DNA from: a bacterium
GTDB lineage: Bacteria > Vulcanimicrobiota > Xenobia > Xenobiales > JADMJV01
DNA length: 64,000 bases
Reading direction: 5' to 3'
Assembly: GCA_018266105.1 (NCBI GenBank)
Contig: JAFEBA010000015.1
Location: 472-64,471 of the forward strand
Of the stretch, positions 36,721 through 45,793 are shown in pieces. Both the position numbers and the translations under genes were made by a program. The stretch's first letter is position 1. Each line of letters starts with the position of its first letter. The notes beneath the pieces were generated by a model. The model was not told the origin of the DNA. It made no database searches and saw only the letters and a list, made by a program, of their open reading frames with translations.

Positions 36721-37236
36721 CCCCTACCAGACTACTCGGGGTCCCACTGATTGCTTCAACGACTTTCCTCAAAACGAGTGCAAGATTCCCGCCGTTGTGC
36801 TTTCACCTCTCGGATCTCAGGTTTCCCGGAGCCCAGGAGCATACGCTGCTCCTCGCGTTGCGTGGTGTGGTGTCCACGCGCCCCTGTCGATTTCGGCCCG
36901 ACAGTGCCCCCTGGTCGCCTTCCTGCCTGCACCAGGACGCCAAGCTCTTTTTCAGCTCGGCCCAGACTGCGAAATCACCAAGTCGCAATCACTTGGGTTG
37001 GCTCAGGTAAGCCAACAACCCCCAGTTCTACGCTCGCTGGAGCGCCACTCGTGTCGCTGAGTGGAGCGTCGTCGGCGTCGTTACTGCCTCCGTGAGACGG
37101 ATACTATGCTGAGCGCTGGACGCGGTCAATGGGGTTGACGGCTCAATCCGCCCTCTTGTCCTGGCGGCAACTTCTCGTTTACAAACTGCCGATCAGGTTG
37201 GCGGAATCGGTTTCTTTTGGGTATGCTTTAACCGCC

Positions 37237-38052
37237 ATGGAAGCCGGATTTCTCAATATCCTCAAGCCGCCCGGAATGACATCCCACGATGTGGTGTACC
37301 GCGTGCGGCGTTTTTTCCCGAAGGGAACGAAAGTTGGTCATCTGGGAACCCTGGACCCGCCCGCGGCGGGAGTTCTGCCCATTGCGGTGGGTTTTGCTAC
37401 CAAGCTGATCCCCCATCTGCCCGAAGGAGATAAAGCCTACCTGGCTGAGGTTCTGTTTGGATGGCGCAGCGATACTTTGGACGCGGCCGGTGTGGTCGAA
37501 GCCGGGGGGGCGGTTCCGGCCGAGCTGTGCCTGGAGACTCATCTTAAACCCTACCAGGGCACCATCATGCAGGTTCCTCCTCAGGTTTCGGCTTTGCGTC
37601 AGCAAGGACAGCGGAGCTACGACCGGGCGCGCCGCGGCGAGCAGTTCGAGTTGCCGGCGCGTCCGGCCCATTATCACCGGGTGGAGATCGTACGTCAGAC
37701 GGTTGAATCCGCCACTTTGAGAGTCGCCTGTGGGCCGGGCACCTACATTCGGTCGCTGGCCCGGGACCTGGGCGAGAGCCTCGGCTGCGGAGCCATCTTA
37801 CGATTTCTTTTGCGGCTTCAGAGTGGCGACTTCCAGTTGCCCGAGGCCATTCGGCTGGAGGAAATCAGCCCCGAGCGACTCCTGCCCTGGACATGGCCCT
37901 GGCGCAATCAGCCCACCACTGAGCTGGAGCAGTGGCCGCCTCCGGCTCAGTCTGACCACTTGCAGGGTCTGGTCCACCATCCTAAAGGGGCGGCCCTCTA
38001 TCGGGACGGGATCAAGCTCTGGGCTCGGGAAGGAGTCCGGGTTGGGGCTTAG
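37237..38052 (+). CDS. truB: tRNA pseudouridine(55) synthase TruB.
   Basis: GFLNILKPPGMTSHDVV...GHLGTLDPPAAGVLPIAVG carries the catalytic Asp motif. Start chosen at MEAGFLN; the track ORF starts upstream at 37129. Confidence 0.85.
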   Translation: MEAGFLNILKPPGMTSHDVVYRVRRFFPKGTKVGHLGTLDPPAAGVLPIAVGFATKLIPHLPEGDKAYLAEVLFGWRSDTLDAAGVVEAGGAVPAELCLETHLKPYQGTIMQVPPQVSALRQQGQRSYDRARRGEQFELPARPAHYHRVEIVRQTVESATLRVACGPGTYIRSLARDLGESLGCGAILRFLLRLQSGDFQLPEAIRLEEISPERLLPWTWPWRNQPTTELEQWPPPAQSDHLQGLVHHPKGAALYRDGIKLWAREGVRVGA

Positions 38053-39583
38053 ACTCAAGAGCCAGTTGGTTTTCCTCTGTTTCTCCTTGATGCTGGTTTC
38101 GTTGGGGGCGCTCAGCTACTTTCACATCACGCTCTCCAGTCAGGATAACTTGATGCGGAGCGACCGAGACGGTCGCCGCGCTGCTTTACAGGCCTTTCAG
38201 CAGATCCAGTTGTTTGTACAGGCCAGCGACAACCCTGACGATCTGGCCTCCTGTATTGCTAGCCGCAAATCTGCCGCTCTGGTCGATAGCCTGAGCAAAA
38301 CTCCCGATTTGATTCAGTTCGATATTTTTCTGCCCGACGGTGGCCGGTTGTTGAGTTCCGGCACGGCCGCCGTGGACGACCTGGCTTTCCAGCAAGCCCT
38401 TTTCTGGGTGCAGGCCCATCACGAAAGCTATAACGAGATCTGGGGCTATCAGAACGGGACAGTCCAGCCGCTGGTCAGCGTGGCCCCCTTCTATCGAGGG
38501 CAGGTGGTGCACCACAGCTATCACGCCCTTTATAATGGAGCCGGTCAGCTGAGTGGTCTGGTCCATCTGGCCGTGCGCCTGCCCAAAGCTCCGCTCCGGA
38601 TCAACTTCATTTTGCTCGGCTATCTGACCATCGCCACCATCTTCCTGGTCAGTTCGGTGCTGGCTATCTACTTGTGGGCTGAGTTCGCCCTCAATCGTCC
38701 CCTTCGAGGCCTGAACAGTTCCTTACAGCAGCTGAACGCGTTGGACCCTTCCGGTCACAAGTCGGACGCTCTACCCCAGCCCAATGAGCTTTCGGAGGCG
38801 GCCATGGCCTTGAATCGGGTCACCCTGGACCTGGTTAAATACCAGCAGGAGCTGCAGCAGAAGACCAATCATCTGGAGCGACTGAACGAAGAATTGGAAG
38901 AAAAGGTGGCCGACAAGACTCTACAGATCCGAGAGTTTTTTTCGCTGATTACGCACGACCTGAGGGTGCCTCTGGCGGCCGTATCCGGCTATGCTGACCT
39001 GATCGAAAACCCCCGCAGCGGACAGCTATCGGAGAAGCAAAGACAGTATGTGCGTTCCATTCAGGTGGCTAATCGAGACGCCCAGGAGCTGGTGCGAAAT
39101 ATGCTGGAGACCATGAAGTATGAGTTCAGCCAGCCCGCCATGCAGCTGGAAGAGTTCGATGCGGGTGAACTGCTGGGCGAAATCGCCGAGCAACTAAAGA
39201 TTGTCAACAAGCCTGTTGAGTTGATGCTGGATCCGGGTCAGGATCTCCGGGTGTGGGGTGACCGGGCGCGCATTGGTCGGGTCTTTTCAAATCTGATGGC
39301 CAATGCACTGCACCACGCCGGCCAGGTCAAAGTGGAGATGAGCGCCGAGGCTCGCCAGGTAGCCGTGAGCGTGAGCGACCAGGGCCCCGGTATCGCACCC
39401 GAAGACCTGCCTCATCTGTTTGAGAAATTCAAAGGGTCCTCAACGGGACTGGGGTTGGGACTGTATATCGTGCAGCGTATTCTGCAGGACCACGGTCAGG
39501 CCGTAAGTGTGGAGAGCCAGATCGGCCAGGGGACTCGGTTCCGCTTTAACCTGGCTCGGATGGAAAAGGAGAAGAATTCATGA
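38042..39583 (+). CDS. Sensor histidine kinase (TM-anchored, HAMP-like linker, HisKA + HATPase_c).
   Basis: H-box HDLRVPLAAVSGYADLI. N, G1 and G2 boxes (NLMANALHHA, DQGPGI, GLGLGL). Likely TTG start at 38042 (alternative ATG at 38090), overlapping the truB stop. Confidence 0.8.
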   Translation: MGLRLKSQLVFLCFSLMLVSLGALSYFHITLSSQDNLMRSDRDGRRAALQAFQQIQLFVQASDNPDDLASCIASRKSAALVDSLSKTPDLIQFDIFLPDGGRLLSSGTAAVDDLAFQQALFWVQAHHESYNEIWGYQNGTVQPLVSVAPFYRGQVVHHSYHALYNGAGQLSGLVHLAVRLPKAPLRINFILLGYLTIATIFLVSSVLAIYLWAEFALNRPLRGLNSSLQQLNALDPSGHKSDALPQPNELSEAAMALNRVTLDLVKYQQELQQKTNHLERLNEELEEKVADKTLQIREFFSLITHDLRVPLAAVSGYADLIENPRSGQLSEKQRQYVRSIQVANRDAQELVRNMLETMKYEFSQPAMQLEEFDAGELLGEIAEQLKIVNKPVELMLDPGQDLRVWGDRARIGRVFSNLMANALHHAGQVKVEMSAEARQVAVSVSDQGPGIAPEDLPHLFEKFKGSSTGLGLGLYIVQRILQDHGQAVSVESQIGQGTRFRFNLARMEKEKNS

Positions 39584-40248
39584 TTCGCCTGGTGGTGGCT
39601 GACGATGTGCCCGTTTTTCGGGAAATGGTGGTGTGCGCCATCGAGCTGGAAGATGACCTGGAGGTGGTGGGCCAGGCCAGCAATGGCGTCGACGCAGTCG
39701 ACGCCTGCCGGCAGTACCAGCCCGACGTGATTATTTTAGATGTGGAAATGCCCCGTATGAACGGCGTGGAAGCGACCAAGCAAATCGTGTCCAACTGCCC
39801 CAACACCAGGGTGGTGATTCTGACGGCTTTCGAAGATGATGGACTGATCTTGCAGTTGATCCAGGCCGGAGCCACCGGTTATTTGCTCAAGGAGTCCAAG
39901 ACCAGCGAGGTCATTCGGGCCATCCGCACAGCCTACGGGGGGGAATCCCTGATCGACCCCAAGGTGGCCCAGAAGATGATGCGCATGATGATGGGGATGG
40001 CCCAGCCTGCCGCTCCGCCCAAAACCGACTCCAGTGAAAAGCTCGAGCAGCTGACTTCGCGTGAACGGGAAGTGCTACGCGAGATCGGGCGCGGGCGCAA
40101 TAACAAGGAACTGGCGGAAATCTGTCAGATTGGAGGCAACACCGTCAAGACCCACGTGGCCCGCATTATGCAGAAACTGGACGTGCGTGATCGAGTTGAG
40201 CTGGTGTTGCTGGCAGTTCAGGCCGGACTGGTGGAAGACTCAGGCTAA
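39580..40248 (+). CDS. Response regulator, NarL/LuxR family (REC + HTH_LuxR).
   Basis: Receiver motifs (DD, DVIILDVEMPRMNG, K). C-terminal LTSREREVLREIGRGRNNKELAEICQIGGNTVKTHVARIMQKL. Overlaps the kinase stop (ATGA). Confidence 0.85.
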   Translation: MIRLVVADDVPVFREMVVCAIELEDDLEVVGQASNGVDAVDACRQYQPDVIILDVEMPRMNGVEATKQIVSNCPNTRVVILTAFEDDGLILQLIQAGATGYLLKESKTSEVIRAIRTAYGGESLIDPKVAQKMMRMMMGMAQPAAPPKTDSSEKLEQLTSREREVLREIGRGRNNKELAEICQIGGNTVKTHVARIMQKLDVRDRVELVLLAVQAGLVEDSG

Positions 40249-41482
40249 AGGAGAAGCGGGCCCCCTGATTGGGTTGGCTGGATACGGCCACTTCACCACC
40301 CAGCGCCTCCACGATCTGGCGCACGATCCAGAGTCCCAGGCCGGTGCCGCGGACAGCCGAATTGGGTTCCGTTCGGAAATAGCGATCAAACAGGCGGTCC
40401 TGGCTCTCGGCCGGAATACCGGGGCCTTCATCACTGACTTCGATCCAGGCTTTGCCTTCCTGGCCTGGCTGGAGCCTCACCGTGATGGTTCCGCGCCCAT
40501 ACTTGACCGCGTTTTCCAAGAGGTTGCCCAGCACCTGACGCAGGCGCATATCGTCGGCATGCACCAGCGTGCCCGGGGGAACGGCGTTGATAAACCGATA
40601 GAGATCGCGCTTCTTGATGTGCAGATTGGCTTCCACCTGGCTCAATTCGCGCTGCACCATTTCGTGCAGGTCGATGTCTTCCCAGCGCAAGGATAGGGTT
40701 TGTCCCTGCTGCAGTGCGGCAGCGTCCAGGTAATCCTCCACCAGGCGGCGAGCGCGCAATAAGGAGACTTCCATGTCTTTGAGCAGATCTCGTGGCGGCG
40801 GGTTATCGGGACGTCGATTGAGCAGGGCCAGGCCGTTTTGGAGCACGGTCAAAGGGCCTTTCAGGTCGTGCGAGGCAATCGAGACGAAGGCGGCCATGGC
40901 GTTTTTCCAGGCCTCCATCTCCAGGGCCCGCACCTGATCCTCGTATTGGGCCCGCATGGCCATTTCCCGTTGATTGAGCAGCTTGGCGTTCTCGATGCAG
41001 ATAGCGGCCTGAGAGGCCAGCGAGGGCAAGACTTCCCGACACCAGGGACTGAAGCGATTGATAATTCGGCTGTCCAGATAGAGCACGCCCTGCATGCGAT
41101 CCTGGACCACCAGAGGCTCGCACAGGATGGAACGCAGCCCGAACATCTCCACGCTATGGGACGGGTTGGGTTCGCGCAAGGCATCCTGGCTGTGGTGAGT
41201 AGAGCCCCCCGACAGCACCTTCAGGATGGCTGTGCGTGAGACCGAAAAATCCTCTTCCAGCAACTCTTCGGCACCCAGGCGGTAAGAGGCGCGCACCTGC
41301 AGGCGCTGGTCCATGGGCAGGCTGGTATCAGGGTCGAGCAGCAACAAATAACCGCGTTCGGCCTTCATCATTTCCACGGCCTGGTTGAGAATATGCTGCA
41401 AAAGCTGGTCCAGGTCGAGCACACCCGTTATGGAACGGGTGACTTCCAGCAGTCGCAGGATGGGGTCCACGGTCGACGACAT
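40166..41482 (-). CDS. GAF-domain sensor histidine kinase.
   Basis: N-terminal GAF-like region. H-box HDLKGPLTVLQNGLALL. HATPase_c motifs (NLLENAVKY, DEGPGI, GTGLGL). The 3' end overlaps the convergent regulator gene by 83 nt. Confidence 0.8.
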   Translation of the reverse strand: MSSTVDPILRLLEVTRSITGVLDLDQLLQHILNQAVEMMKAERGYLLLLDPDTSLPMDQRLQVRASYRLGAEELLEEDFSVSRTAILKVLSGGSTHHSQDALREPNPSHSVEMFGLRSILCEPLVVQDRMQGVLYLDSRIINRFSPWCREVLPSLASQAAICIENAKLLNQREMAMRAQYEDQVRALEMEAWKNAMAAFVSIASHDLKGPLTVLQNGLALLNRRPDNPPPRDLLKDMEVSLLRARRLVEDYLDAAALQQGQTLSLRWEDIDLHEMVQRELSQVEANLHIKKRDLYRFINAVPPGTLVHADDMRLRQVLGNLLENAVKYGRGTITVRLQPGQEGKAWIEVSDEGPGIPAESQDRLFDRYFRTEPNSAVRGTGLGLWIVRQIVEALGGEVAVSSQPNQGARFSFSLSLPPVRPELPATPAQLDHARPVSA

Positions 41483-41579
41483 ATTCGAAAGTGTGTTCCG
41501 TGAAATTTCTTCACCTCCTGGTTGCTAATGAAACGTTTTCAATGTAGGTGGAACCAGCCCGGAATCCAAGTCTATCAGT

Positions 41580-44000
41580 ATGCCTGAAATCTTAGCCCCG
41601 GCCGGTAGCCGGGAAGCCCTGGAGGCCGCCCTCAAAGCGGGTGCCGACGCAGTTTACTTTGGCCTGGATGAAGGCTTTAATGCCCGGGCCCGAGCCCACA
41701 ACTTTCCCGTGGACGGATTGGCCGAGGTGGTCGAGCAGATTCATGCGGCTCGCGCCCGGGCCTATTTAACGCTGAACACGCTGATTTTCGAAAGCGAATT
41801 GGAGGCGGTGGAGCGCATCATCCGCGCCGCCGCTGAGGCCGGAGTGGACGCCCTGATCGTTCAGGACCCGGCCGTGTGTCTGCTGGCCCGAGAGGTTTGT
41901 CCCGAATTAGAAGTGCACGCCAGCACTCAGATGACCATCTCCAGTCCAGAAGGGGCCCAGCTGGCAAAATCCTGGGGAGTGACCCGGGTGGTGCTGCCGC
42001 GAGAGCTATCCCTGCAAGAAATCGAGAAATTCGCCGGGGCTGATGCCGGAGTGGAGATGGAAGTTTTCATCGCCGGCGCCCTGTGTATGTCATGGAGCGG
42101 CCAGTGTCTGAGCAGTGAGGCCTGGGGCGGTCGCTCGGCCAATCGTGGTCAGTGCGCTCAGGCCTGTCGACATCCTTACGAGCTGGTCGTGGATGGGCAG
42201 GTCCGGCCTTTGGGTGACCAGGCTTATCTGCTCAGTCCCCAGGATTTGGGCGGCTATGAGGCGGTTCAGGAGCTGGTACGTCTGGGAGTGCACACTTTGA
42301 AGATCGAGGGCCGCCAGAAAGACGCAGACTATGTCTTTCACGCCGTCAAAGCGGTGCGCGCCTGGCTGGATCAGGTCCCGGAAGCGGTTAAAGCCGAGCG
42401 CCTGCGCAATTTACAACTGGCCTACTCTCGGGGGATTGGACCGGGCTTCTTCTACGGCAGCGATCATCAGTCACTGGTGGAGGGGCGGACGCCTCGCCAT
42501 CAGGGTATTCTTTTGGGCAAGGTGGAGCAGGTCAGTGCCCCTCGGGTTAGCCTGCGCGCTCATGGCGACTTCACGCCAGAGGCGGGCATGGGCGTGGTTT
42601 TCCGCCAGCCCCGCCTGGTGGATCAAGATCAAGAGCAGGGCGGTCCTATCTTCGGGGTCACCCGGCAGAAAGACCATTGGGTTTTGCAGTTTGGCAATCC
42701 CGGACCTCGGCTGGGTCGGGTTCATGTGGGAGATGAAGTCTGGGTCACCAGTTCGCCGGAGGTTACTCGCCAGAGGCAGGCCAAGGCCTCGTTGCAGCGT
42801 TGGCCGTTGCGCCTGAGGGTATCGGGGGAGATGGGCCAACCACTGAAGGTGGAGGCTGAATGGGATCACGGCCGAGTGCAAGCCCTTTCGGATTCAGCCC
42901 TGCAGGCCGCCCGCTCGGGTGGCCTGGATCAGGATCGACTTCAGGAGAAGCTGGGCGGCTGGGGCGATAGTTGCTTTGAGGCCGAGAAAGTGGACGCTGC
43001 CGAGTTGCCACCCGGCCTGTTTTTACCTGTTTCTGAGCTGAAGCATCTCCGTCAGAGGTTGCGCGATCAGTTGGAACCGCAGTTGCGTGCCCTGGGAAAG
43101 AAAGCGACCTCGCCCGCTCGCCTGGCGCGTCGAAGTGTGGAGCCGCTCCACAGCGGGGTCGTACTGGAGCCGGTATGTCGCACACCCGAACAGTTGGAGG
43201 CTGTGATTGCGGAAGGCTGTCCGGGGGTCACCCTGGACTGGATGGAACTGGTCGGCTTAAACGGTGCCGTGGCTCGCGCCCGCGAAGCCGGTCTGCAGGT
43301 GGGTTTGGCCACCGTGCGTGTGCAAAAGCCGGGTGAGGAAGGCTATGACCGGCGCCTGCGGGCCCTCAATCCGGACTGGGTGCTGGCTCGCCACTGGGGG
43401 GCGGTCACGGGCTTTGCTCAGCACCGCCCGGGTCAGGTCCACGGAGATTTTTCCTTGAACGTGACCAACAGCCTCACGGCCTCTGAGCTGATTGGCCTGG
43501 GCCTGGACACGGTCACGGCCGCCCATGATCTGGACCAGATCCAGCTGGAGAATCTGCTGGCCAATTTTCCGGCGTCCCGCCTGGCCGTAACCGTGCACCA
43601 TCACATCTCCACCTTTCATACCGAGCACTGCGTCTACTCTCATCTGCTGAGCAATGGCAGGGACTACCGGGATTGTGGGCGACCCTGTGAGAAGCACCTG
43701 GTTGAACTGGAAGACCGCAAACACATCCGGCATCCCGTCATCGTGGATGTGGGCTGTCGCAACACGGTCTTCAATGGCGGCGCTCAGAGCTGCGTCAGTC
43801 TGGTTCCCCGCCTGCTGCAATTGGGCGTTCTTCGCTTCCGCGTCGAGTTTGTGCGTGAATCCTTTGAGCAGGCGCGCACCGTGCTTAACGCCTATCGACG
43901 AGTCCTGGAGGGCAGTCTGGAGCCATCCCAGGCGCGAGCTTTGATCGGGGCCCACGAACAGTTTGGCGTTTCTCTGGGAACAATGGCCGTTTTGAGCTAG
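41580..44000 (+). CDS. Peptidase U32 family protein (collagenase-like / YegQ-YhbUV family) with a long C-terminal extension.
   Basis: N-terminus MPEILAPAGSREALEAALKAGADAVYFG is the U32 signature. Conserved Cys cluster (CMSWSGQC...C.QAC). 806 aa. Confidence 0.8.
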   Translation: MPEILAPAGSREALEAALKAGADAVYFGLDEGFNARARAHNFPVDGLAEVVEQIHAARARAYLTLNTLIFESELEAVERIIRAAAEAGVDALIVQDPAVCLLAREVCPELEVHASTQMTISSPEGAQLAKSWGVTRVVLPRELSLQEIEKFAGADAGVEMEVFIAGALCMSWSGQCLSSEAWGGRSANRGQCAQACRHPYELVVDGQVRPLGDQAYLLSPQDLGGYEAVQELVRLGVHTLKIEGRQKDADYVFHAVKAVRAWLDQVPEAVKAERLRNLQLAYSRGIGPGFFYGSDHQSLVEGRTPRHQGILLGKVEQVSAPRVSLRAHGDFTPEAGMGVVFRQPRLVDQDQEQGGPIFGVTRQKDHWVLQFGNPGPRLGRVHVGDEVWVTSSPEVTRQRQAKASLQRWPLRLRVSGEMGQPLKVEAEWDHGRVQALSDSALQAARSGGLDQDRLQEKLGGWGDSCFEAEKVDAAELPPGLFLPVSELKHLRQRLRDQLEPQLRALGKKATSPARLARRSVEPLHSGVVLEPVCRTPEQLEAVIAEGCPGVTLDWMELVGLNGAVARAREAGLQVGLATVRVQKPGEEGYDRRLRALNPDWVLARHWGAVTGFAQHRPGQVHGDFSLNVTNSLTASELIGLGLDTVTAAHDLDQIQLENLLANFPASRLAVTVHHHISTFHTEHCVYSHLLSNGRDYRDCGRPCEKHLVELEDRKHIRHPVIVDVGCRNTVFNGGAQSCVSLVPRLLQLGVLRFRVEFVRESFEQARTVLNAYRRVLEGSLEPSQARALIGAHEQFGVSLGTMAVLS

Positions 44001-44029
44001 TCTCGAACCCCGTGTTTGGTGAAGCGAAG

Positions 44030-44118
44030 CGGCCAAACGCGGGTTAGGGACCAACGGAGTCGCGTGCCCTGAAGTTCGATTCTCATCGATGGCGTGGCAC
44101 GCGACGGAGGCTAGTTTC
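44030..44118. repeat. Copy 1 of a tandemly duplicated about 80-nt GC-rich structured element (candidate small RNA).
   Basis: The 68-nt core ccaacggagtcgcgtgccctgaagttcgattctcatcgatggcgtggcacgcgacggaggctagtttc is identical to copy 2. It contains a 10-bp perfect inverted repeat GTCGCGTGCC/GGCACGCGAC around a 27-nt loop that carries the palindrome CATCGATG. Confidence 0.7.
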
Positions 44119-44182
44119 AAACATCCTGTTCGGGAAAGCAGGAGACTTTGAGGCGAACCTGTGAGCCGTAAGTCTCCAGCGT

Positions 44183-44268
44183 CCGAACGGGAGTTGGGAA
44201 CCAACGGAGTCGCGTGCCCTGAAGTTCGATTCTCATCGATGGCGTGGCACGCGACGGAGGCTAGTTTC
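44183..44268. repeat. Copy 2 of the duplicated structured element, 150 nt downstream of copy 1.
   Basis: Same 68-nt core as copy 1, with similar flanks (aacgcgggttaggg vs aacgggagttggg). It lies between the convergent U32 peptidase and aroQ genes. Confidence 0.7.
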
Positions 44269-44272
44269 CCAC

Positions 44273-44707
44273 TCAGGCCTGACGGGCCAGCTGCTGGCCG
44301 GCTTGCAGTGCCAGGCGGTAACCCAGAGGACCCATTCCGCAAATGACGCCCCGGCAGACCGGGCTCAAGTAGCTGTGGTGGCGAAATTCCTCGCGGGCGT
44401 AGACATTGCTCAGGTGGACTTCGAAGACGGGCACGGAGAGGGCGGCCACCGCGTCACGCAAAGCCACCGAGGTATGGGTATAAGCCCCCGCATTCAGGAC
44501 CACGAAGGCAAAGTCGTAGGCTTCGTGCAGCCAGTCGATCAGCTGACCCTCATGGTTACTTTGCCGACACTCAACCAGCAGACCCAGTTCGCTTCCCCAG
44601 CTGCGACATTGCTGGACCAGGCTTTCATAGGTGGTCGTGCCGTACACGCTGGTTTCGCGCTGGCCCAGCAGATTCAAATTGGGACCGTTGAGCACCAGGG
44701 CTCTCAT
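44273..44707 (-). CDS. aroQ: 3-dehydroquinate dehydratase, type II.
   Basis: MRALVLNGPNLNLLGQRE...YG, then HLSNV...REEFRHHS: type II DHQase signatures. Confidence 0.9.
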   Translation of the reverse strand: MRALVLNGPNLNLLGQRETSVYGTTTYESLVQQCRSWGSELGLLVECRQSNHEGQLIDWLHEAYDFAFVVLNAGAYTHTSVALRDAVAALSVPVFEVHLSNVYAREEFRHHSYLSPVCRGVICGMGPLGYRLALQAGQQLARQA

Positions 44708-45726
44708 TTCAGTTCCTCCCAGCAGCGTTCGACTTCATCCAGGGTTACTGTGGAGCACACCTGAGCCCCTCCCGGCCTCTGCAGCAGCACAAAGCGAAGC
44801 TGACCGTCTTGATTCTTCTTGTCGCGTTTCAAGAAGGGAGGCAGTTGTGCGAAATCCAGAGCGGGTCGGCGTGTGGGCAGTTGGTAGCGCTCGAGCTGGG
44901 TCACCAGACGCTCCTCCCAGCTCGGATCGAGCCGGAGTTTCCAGCCACTGAGACGCAGCGCCGCGCGCAGACCGAAGCCGACCGCCTGACCATGATTCCA
45001 GCCGCTGTAGTTTTGAGCCGACTCAATGGCGTGAGCCAGAGTGTGACCCAGATTGAGGAAGGCGCGAATGCCTTGCTCAAGAGGGTCGGCGGCAACAATG
45101 TCCAGCTTGACCTGGCGGGAGCGCAGCACCAGCTCGGACTTCTGGTCGGGAGAGGGTGAGGTCGGCAGGTTCTCCAGGAATTCCCAATGCTCCGAGCTAT
45201 CCAGCAAGGCGTGTTTGAGCACCTCGGCCATGCCCGCATTCCACTCATGCACGGGCAAAGTGCTTAACAGGTCGGTGTCCAGGTAGACTAATCGCGCCGG
45301 ATAGAAGGAGCCGACCAGGTTTTTTCCCGCGGCCAGGTCGACACCGACCTTGCCTCCCAGACTGGAATCAACCTGAGCCACCAGGCTGGTAGGAACCTGA
45401 ACCAGAGGGAGCCCGCGCAAAAAGGTGGCGGCCGCGAAGCCGGCCAGATCTCCCACCACTCCGCCCCCCACCGCCACCAACCAGGTCTTACGGTCAACTT
45501 CCAGTTCCGCCAGTTGAGCGTAGAGTTGTTCGATCTGGGCCAGACATTTGCTGGATTCGCCAGCCGCCACCACCAGTCGCGGCTGGTGATTCCAGCTCCA
45601 GTCCAAACATTCGGCCAGATTGGAGTCGCACACCACCACCCAGCGTCGGGCTCCCAGCTTTTCCAGTGCAGCCGGTAATTGAGCCAGACGACCGCTGGCC
45701 AAAGTTGTTGAGGAAAAATCAATCAT
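44704..45726 (-). CDS. aroB: 3-dehydroquinate synthase.
   Basis: NAD/metal-binding motifs (GGGVVGDLAGFAAATFLRG, HTLAHAIE). The stop overlaps the aroQ start by 4 nt. Confidence 0.85.
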   Translation of the reverse strand: MIDFSSTTLASGRLAQLPAALEKLGARRWVVVCDSNLAECLDWSWNHQPRLVVAAGESSKCLAQIEQLYAQLAELEVDRKTWLVAVGGGVVGDLAGFAAATFLRGLPLVQVPTSLVAQVDSSLGGKVGVDLAAGKNLVGSFYPARLVYLDTDLLSTLPVHEWNAGMAEVLKHALLDSSEHWEFLENLPTSPSPDQKSELVLRSRQVKLDIVAADPLEQGIRAFLNLGHTLAHAIESAQNYSGWNHGQAVGFGLRAALRLSGWKLRLDPSWEERLVTQLERYQLPTRRPALDFAQLPPFLKRDKKNQDGQLRFVLLQRPGGAQVCSTVTLDEVERCWEELK

Positions 45727-45793
45727 GGTTTAGTCTTTTTCAAGTTGCATTAGCATTTCGAGGATTCCCCCGAATAGAGACGAACTTCAGCAA

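Noticed and set aside
36721-36800. RNase P RNA (GAGGAAAGTC on the minus strand).
   Set aside because: Only a 10-nt match to the P4 5' strand was found. The following GGGCUCC and the ACAGAACCCGGCUUA partner strand are absent.
44030-44268. CRISPR array or tRNA genes at the duplicated element.
   Set aside because: There are only two copies, the units are about 80 nt, and the spacer is 150 nt, which is not CRISPR-like. Neither strand gives a cloverleaf, an acceptor-stem pairing or a CCA-compatible end. The T-loop-like 9-mer lacks a pairing T-stem.
43257-44342. A 361-aa minus-strand ORF spanning the U32 peptidase 3' end and the duplicated intergenic element. It shows an internal protein repeat (LASVACHAIDENRTSGHATPLVPN twice).
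   Set aside because: The protein repeat is simply the translated DNA duplication. The ORF is antisense to a well-supported gene and crosses a non-coding gap.
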